From the NCBI RefSeq assembly GCF_009931435.1, contig NZ_CP043414.1: a stretch of DNA of 64,000 nucleotides. One strand, 5' to 3'. Below, piece by piece: positions 58,702 to 64,000 of the stretch. The DNA is from Escherichia coli. GTDB taxonomy: Bacteria > Pseudomonadota > Gammaproteobacteria > Enterobacterales > Enterobacteriaceae. The notes beneath the pieces are model-generated. The model was given only the letters and a program-made list of their open reading frames with translations, did not search any database and was not told the DNA's origin. A program made the position numbers and the translations under genes. How positions within the stretch are numbered: the first letter of the stretch is position 1; every line of letters starts with the position of its first letter.

Positions 58702-59334
58702 ATGAAACCAACGTCGGTGATCATTATGGATACTCATCCTATCATCAGAATGTCTATTGAAGTTCTGTTGCAAAAAAACAGTGAATTGCAGATTGTCCTG
58801 AAAACGGATGATTACCGCATAACCATCGACTATCTCCGAACCCGTCCTGTTGATTTAATCATTATGGATATAGACTTGCCCGGTACAGACGGTTTTACCT
58901 TCCTGAAAAGGATCAAACAAATCCAGAGTACAGTGAAAGTATTATTTTTATCATCGAAATCAGAATGCTTTTATGCTGGCAGAGCGATACAAGCTGGTGC
59001 TAACGGTTTTGTCAGTAAATGCAATGATCAGAATGATATTTTTCATGCCGTTCAGATGATTCTCTCTGGATACACTTTTTTTCCCAGCGAAACGCTCAAC
59101 TATATAAAAAGCAATAAATGCAGTACGAATAGTTCAACGGTCACTGTGCTATCTAATCGTGAAGTGACCATATTACGTTATCTGGTTAGTGGATTATCTA
59201 ATAAAGAAATTGCCGATAAGTTATTACTTAGCAATAAAACAGTTAGTGCGCATAAATCTAATATTTATGGCAAGCTAGGTTTGCATTCAATTGTAGAGCT
59301 TATCGACTACGCCAAATTATATGAATTAATATAA
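58702..59334 (+). CDS. fimZ: LuxR-family response regulator FimZ
   Basis: ORF track 58639..59334; start at MKPTSVIIMD gives 210 aa; receiver plus LuxR HTH. Confidence 0.85.
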   Translation: MKPTSVIIMDTHPIIRMSIEVLLQKNSELQIVLKTDDYRITIDYLRTRPVDLIIMDIDLPGTDGFTFLKRIKQIQSTVKVLFLSSKSECFYAGRAIQAGANGFVSKCNDQNDIFHAVQMILSGYTFFPSETLNYIKSNKCSTNSSTVTVLSNREVTILRYLVSGLSNKEIADKLLLSNKTVSAHKSNIYGKLGLHSIVELIDYAKLYELI

Positions 59335-59336
59335 TA

Positions 59337-59852
59337 TTAATTATAATTGATCATGAATATCGCATCCGCTTTCGCCACACCTGGTTGGACACCGCTGGCT
59401 AACGCTCGATAATTGGCAAAAAAGTTTAGCGTTACATTGCCATTTGCATCTACCTCCTCAGTCGGGCTCGCCTCGCCCAGCGCAAGCCGGGAGCGATCGC
59501 TCTTGCGTAATTCGATGGCGACGGTTTGTGCCATTGCGGGATCGTCCAGGGCCAGCAGGTTGGCATCGGATGCCGGCGTTCCCGTAAATAAAATCGCGAC
59601 TGATCCCGGAGGACATCCTTCCAGGCGCAGACTAAAAGGAACAAGTGCCGTGGTATCGCCAGCGGCCAGCAATTGTGTCGTGGGCCATCTGCCTAAATCT
59701 ACCGTCTTATCAACATCCGCTGTGTTTACGGTACAGGAGAAATCAACAACGTTACCGTGCAAATTGATATTAATCGTTCCTAAAGGGTCAGCTGCCCATC
59801 CACTGGAACTCCACAGTAGCCCGCAGAAACAGCTAAAGATTACTCTTCTCAT
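59337..59852 (-). CDS. sfmF: Fimbrial minor subunit SfmF
   Basis: ORF track 59337..60047; internal Met with signal peptide gives 171 aa. Confidence 0.78.
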   Translation of the reverse strand: MRRVIFSCFCGLLWSSSGWAADPLGTININLHGNVVDFSCTVNTADVDKTVDLGRWPTTQLLAAGDTTALVPFSLRLEGCPPGSVAILFTGTPASDANLLALDDPAMAQTVAIELRKSDRSRLALGEASPTEEVDANGNVTLNFFANYRALASGVQPGVAKADAIFMINYN

Positions 59853-59862
59853 TCTCCGTACC

Positions 59863-60870
59863 TCATTGATAATCGACGCGTAAATACCCCAGCGCGCTAA
59901 ACGGTCCTTCGGCAGGTTTTTGACCAGTAATACTGATAGGCCAGGCGCGAAGTGTGACATTGGCTGCCGCAGCTGCATCCAGACGGAAAGGAATAACGCT
60001 ATTGAGATCGTTAGGCGTGATCGGCGTATCGTTCTGATCGGCGACAATAAAACCTAAATCCTGATTGTCCGACACCATCGCCTGACCAGAAACGGCACTG
60101 GCTTCCAGACGCATTGTTAAATAAGCCTGCGCAGCAACATTCGTACATTTGATCGCAATATTCTTGGTTTGTGGCATGACACCATTAGGTCGATTCCCCG
60201 GCCCTGCCGCACTAAATAACGATGCACCGATATCACCAAAATCAAATTCAACAATTTGCCCGGCATTTAATTCGCAGTTTTGCGGTACTTCAACCCGGCC
60301 ACCAAAACTAATGGTATAAACAGGTGTAACCAACGGATCGTAAGGCGTTGATGTCACATACACGGTAAACATCACCTGTCTGGGGATCTCCACCATGTTA
60401 ATAAAAGGACGAATAACCTTTAAACGAAATATCAAACGAGAATCCATCACCCCGAACGGAAGGTTTTGCGAAACGTTAGGATCTGTTCCCATACGGATAT
60501 AATTTTGCGGGGGAAACTGAATATCCATCACGCTATCAACCAGACTCATCGCACCTAATAGATAATCATTTAATTGCATATATTTATAATTATCGATAGT
60601 TTCCTGAACAACAAAGTTGGTGACATAACTACGGTATGTATAATTCACCAGCGTGCCGGGTGGGCAAATTGCTGACACACCTACCCAGCCGGATTTTTCC
60701 GGTAAAACAACAATCTGACCTGGCTGGTTATTGGTGCTATTAAAGACATTTGAGAGATCATAGTGTTCATCTTCTGCTACGCCAGTACTATTTGCACAAA
60801 CAGTAGCCCAGGATATGTTTGTTAACCACAAACATGCCATTGCCAATAATGACCTGCAGATTATCTTCAT
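59863..60870 (-). CDS. sfmH: Fimbrial adhesin-like protein SfmH
   Basis: ORF track 335 aa; signal peptide; between usher and sfmF. Confidence 0.78.
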   Translation of the reverse strand: MKIICRSLLAMACLWLTNISWATVCANSTGVAEDEHYDLSNVFNSTNNQPGQIVVLPEKSGWVGVSAICPPGTLVNYTYRSYVTNFVVQETIDNYKYMQLNDYLLGAMSLVDSVMDIQFPPQNYIRMGTDPNVSQNLPFGVMDSRLIFRLKVIRPFINMVEIPRQVMFTVYVTSTPYDPLVTPVYTISFGGRVEVPQNCELNAGQIVEFDFGDIGASLFSAAGPGNRPNGVMPQTKNIAIKCTNVAAQAYLTMRLEASAVSGQAMVSDNQDLGFIVADQNDTPITPNDLNSVIPFRLDAAAAANVTLRAWPISITGQKPAEGPFSALGYLRVDYQ

Positions 60871-60882
60871 TGATAATTTCCT

Positions 60883-63492
60883 TTATGAGCCAGGATGTGT
60901 GCAAACTGCCGAAATAACAGTGACGGCTTGCTGTAAGCTTTGCTTCGGCAATACATAGTGCGCAATGCAACGTGAGTTCGCGCCGTCTCCCCACTGAACC
61001 AGTAATTCACCAGACAATGGCGCACCACTTAAATAAACTTGCCCGTCATCACCCACCATACTGGTTATTCCGGTACTGTTTTCCCGTACCAGTGATCCAA
61101 ACGGCACCGGTTTTCCGCCCTGGGTAACGGTAATGAGCGCCCGCACGCCTATGCGGGTATCAAAATTGGCACGAACCAACGCGCCTTGCGTCGGCACAAC
61201 GCTGCTAATATTTTTTTCAACATCAATGGAATTCCCCATCGTATTGGTATCAAGCGCGATACGGTTATACCGATAAACCGTGGCATACGGCATCACCGCA
61301 TAGCCGCGCCAGTCGGTTAAAATTCCAGTTTGATTTTCAATGCGTACACCGCCTGCGCCAGGCGCTTTAATCAAAACATTGGTATCCCCTAAAGGCTGGC
61401 TCAGCGTTATACCATTTTCATGCCCGACCACACCGCCAGACAGCTGCCAGTTAACGTCATGTTGATCGCGGTCGTAGTTATACCCGACCCCCAGCGTACC
61501 GTAAGCGGCCTGCCAGTTTGCCGTGGCGCTGCCCGTGTACCCATTATTCGAGGTATCGCCCTGGCTTACGTGATAACTCAGGTTGTGGCCTTCCAGTAAG
61601 GTCCCTCCAACGCCTGCCAGCCAGCTATTTTGCCCGTTGCTGTTACGGTTGGCGTTAAAGGAGGCATAAGCGCGATCGAGCGCATTTTCCCGGGTGTAGC
61701 GACGTTTGGTCAGAACATTGAAAGGCACTGAAACATTAAGTCCGACAATACGTTCGTTATCGGGGATCCCTACAGATTCATTCCACGAAAATGAGAGTGA
61801 ATAACTGATGCCAACCCAGCTGCTGGTATACCCCACCTGATACCAGGTATCTGAATCCGAAGTATTCCAGTATTTTTGATGGGTACCAGAAATATAAAGC
61901 GAGCCAAAGTCATTAAGTGATTGTGAAATATTTAACTGCAAACGGTCTTTACGACTAAAGCGTAAATTGTGGTAATTCACGATTATCGGTTCATCGCGAT
62001 GCTCACCGTCATAATCGTAATCATATTCGTACCCCTCCATTCGACGATACGCAACATCATCAAGGGTATAAAAACCTTGTGTCGAATAGCGGTAACCCAT
62101 TAACTGAAAATTGGTGCCGAAAGTGTTCATTGATTTCGCATAGAGGAAGCGAATGGAATCCCCCTCATGACGACTGTCGTCGGCTAACTGACTGCGCGCA
62201 TGCGTTACATCCAGCGACACTGCGCCCCAGTTCCCGAGGTTGCGCCCCAGCCCTAACAAAAAGGCGGTGTAATTTGCAGATAATTGCGTCCCGCCGTAGG
62301 CAGTAAATTCCTGTGGTAAACCGCCGAGTGCCGTGCCCTGAAAAAAGAAAGGCGACGATTGCTGACTATTACCGCTACGAAAATCGCCCGCCGTCAGGTC
62401 AAATTTGAAACGCCCTTCGCGTTGTAAAATTGGCACTGTTGAATACGGAATAGTGTAATTCTGCTGATTACCATCGCGCTCATCGATGGTGACGTCCAGA
62501 TCGCCATTTGAAGATGTCGGGTGCAAATCTGTAATTTCGAAAGCGCCGGGGGAAACATAGCTTTGATAGATAATAAAACCATTTTGCCGAATCGTTAGCT
62601 GGGCCGCCGTACGGGCAATCCCACGTACCGTTGGGGCAAACCCTTGCTGGCTATCTGGATACATATTATCAGAAGAATAAAGCCGTACACCTCGAAATCC
62701 GACGCCATCGAAAATATCACTCCCTGTATTACCGTCTCCCATTACCAGTTCACTTTTCAGCGGAATAATGGCGCGCTGTACCCAGGTGCCAATATTATTC
62801 CACTGTTCTGAATGATATCCATTTCCGCGAAAATAGTTCCAGGAACCATTGTTGCGTAAACGCCACGGGCCAATATTAATCCCACTGAGTTCACTAAAAA
62901 AATAGCTATCGTTACCATTACCTCTGTTACCGGTAAAATTATAATTCAGGAGTAAAGCAGGAATACCTTCATCCCACTCTTCAGGCGGAATGTAACCGTG
63001 AGCGCTACTCAACAACGCTATCTGAGGAATAGTGATGTTCAGGCGCATCGCTGCAAAATCAAAGTTAATTGTGGCATCAGGTACAGCTTTCAGTAAATTA
63101 ATGCATTTATTATTTTGCTGCTGGGCTAACTCGGGGAATGCACTGCTATTAAGGCCAATTCGTTCAAGGAGTGCCTGGTTAAAACAAGGCATTAACCCAC
63201 CTGATTTATCACCTGTATTTACTGTCGTCGATTCAAATACGATATCCTGTGAACCAATGAACTCATCATTACGCCAGAGATCCACCCGATACACACCCGC
63301 AGGTTGATGATTACCTTTCTCAAAGCGCGATAAATCAGCAACGGATGTACCATTCTCTAATAAAAATGCCGGGTTGAAATAACTTTCCGCATAGCTTAAA
63401 AAGGAGGGTAAAATGGCAATAGATGAATAACAAATTCCGGCCAGACACCAGGTATACCTCTGCGGAATATCCGTAGTAGTGGGTATTTTCAT
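60883..63492 (-). CDS. sfmD: Fimbrial usher SfmD
   Basis: ORF track 869 aa; usher family. Confidence 0.9.
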   Translation of the reverse strand: MKIPTTTDIPQRYTWCLAGICYSSIAILPSFLSYAESYFNPAFLLENGTSVADLSRFEKGNHQPAGVYRVDLWRNDEFIGSQDIVFESTTVNTGDKSGGLMPCFNQALLERIGLNSSAFPELAQQQNNKCINLLKAVPDATINFDFAAMRLNITIPQIALLSSAHGYIPPEEWDEGIPALLLNYNFTGNRGNGNDSYFFSELSGINIGPWRLRNNGSWNYFRGNGYHSEQWNNIGTWVQRAIIPLKSELVMGDGNTGSDIFDGVGFRGVRLYSSDNMYPDSQQGFAPTVRGIARTAAQLTIRQNGFIIYQSYVSPGAFEITDLHPTSSNGDLDVTIDERDGNQQNYTIPYSTVPILQREGRFKFDLTAGDFRSGNSQQSSPFFFQGTALGGLPQEFTAYGGTQLSANYTAFLLGLGRNLGNWGAVSLDVTHARSQLADDSRHEGDSIRFLYAKSMNTFGTNFQLMGYRYSTQGFYTLDDVAYRRMEGYEYDYDYDGEHRDEPIIVNYHNLRFSRKDRLQLNISQSLNDFGSLYISGTHQKYWNTSDSDTWYQVGYTSSWVGISYSLSFSWNESVGIPDNERIVGLNVSVPFNVLTKRRYTRENALDRAYASFNANRNSNGQNSWLAGVGGTLLEGHNLSYHVSQGDTSNNGYTGSATANWQAAYGTLGVGYNYDRDQHDVNWQLSGGVVGHENGITLSQPLGDTNVLIKAPGAGGVRIENQTGILTDWRGYAVMPYATVYRYNRIALDTNTMGNSIDVEKNISSVVPTQGALVRANFDTRIGVRALITVTQGGKPVPFGSLVRENSTGITSMVGDDGQVYLSGAPLSGELLVQWGDGANSRCIAHYVLPKQSLQQAVTVISAVCTHPGS

Positions 63493-63522
63493 AATTAGCT
63501 CTGATATTGTCAGATGATTCGG

Positions 63523-64000
63523 TTAGTTTAAGTTCACTTCTCTGACCGGGGTTACTGAACCATAATCATTAACGGTCTGAAATTTCAGCTTTCCCTGTAC
63601 TCCTGAGGGTAAGGGAATTTGTGAATTAACTCTGGGTGCAGCCATAGCATTCCCCAACTTTTGGCTGCCCACTTGCAGGTTAACCAGGGTGACATAAAAA
63701 GGTGATGGATTATGAACATTGATATAGTTACCGGATCGCGAAAACTTGAGTGTGTCCGGCGCTTCTGCGGGTAATTCTTGTAGTTGAATTGGACGGAGAA
63801 ATAACTTCATGCGCGATAAAATCGCCAGTTGCAAAACATTCCTGCCGTTCAATGCATTTTTATCTACCGAAGGGATCGTCTTAACATTCATCCAGAACAA
63901 AGACTCACGATCTGCCGCCAGCGGTGGACCGGTGTAAATAATACGCAAGGTATTTTCGCTTTTGGGTTCACTAACAAACAGTGGCGGTGTAATGATGAAT
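63523..64000 (-). CDS. sfmC: Periplasmic fimbrial chaperone SfmC, 3' portion (gene runs off the window end)
   Basis: ORF track 63523..63948 is chaperone-like; reading frame continues to the window edge. Confidence 0.78.
   Translation of the reverse strand, partial: FIITPPLFVSEPKSENTLRIIYTGPPLAADRESLFWMNVKTIPSVDKNALNGRNVLQLAILSRMKLFLRPIQLQELPAEAPDTLKFSRSGNYINVHNPSPFYVTLVNLQVGSQKLGNAMAAPRVNSQIPLPSGVQGKLKFQTVNDYGSVTPVREVNLN

Overview
Window reads as an E. coli K-12-like chromosomal segment (cusC'-cusRS-nfrBA-ybcH-envY on the left, fimZ-sfmFHDC' on the right) carrying an apparently complete ~48 kb lambdoid prophage integrated in tRNA-Arg (argU), at the position of the defective DLP12 prophage of K-12. 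All protein identifications are by recall of known sequences, not by database search. The prophage (about 10079..58427) is a mosaic: DLP12-type integrase and nin/Q region, a phage-21-type pinholin/SAR-endolysin lysis cassette, lambda-like exo/bet/gam, replication protein P and a full lambda-like head and tail set (Nu1 through J, stf, tfa) with a recognisable cos site, and a Rac-like immunity region (LexA-type repressor, Cro-like, YdaT-like). Known cargo genes are present (ompT, appY, nmpC, bor, emrE, ybcL/ybcM, a lom homologue). No IS element or CRISPR array was seen. The best candidate for an undescribed function is the pair of genes between the repressor and gam (a self-contained lipoprotein cassette plus an unassigned ORF), where lambda carries rexAB/N; their function cannot be decided from sequence alone. 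Other points: an in-frame amber codon in lom, AACAAC/GTTGTT operator-like repeats on both sides of the repressor gene, non-lambda ori iterons inside O, a possible late promoter/terminator unit separated from Q by nmpC, and a 27-codon hydrophobic ORF coupled between two lambda-like small genes. Coordinates not taken from the ORF track are hand-counted and may be off by 1-2 bp.
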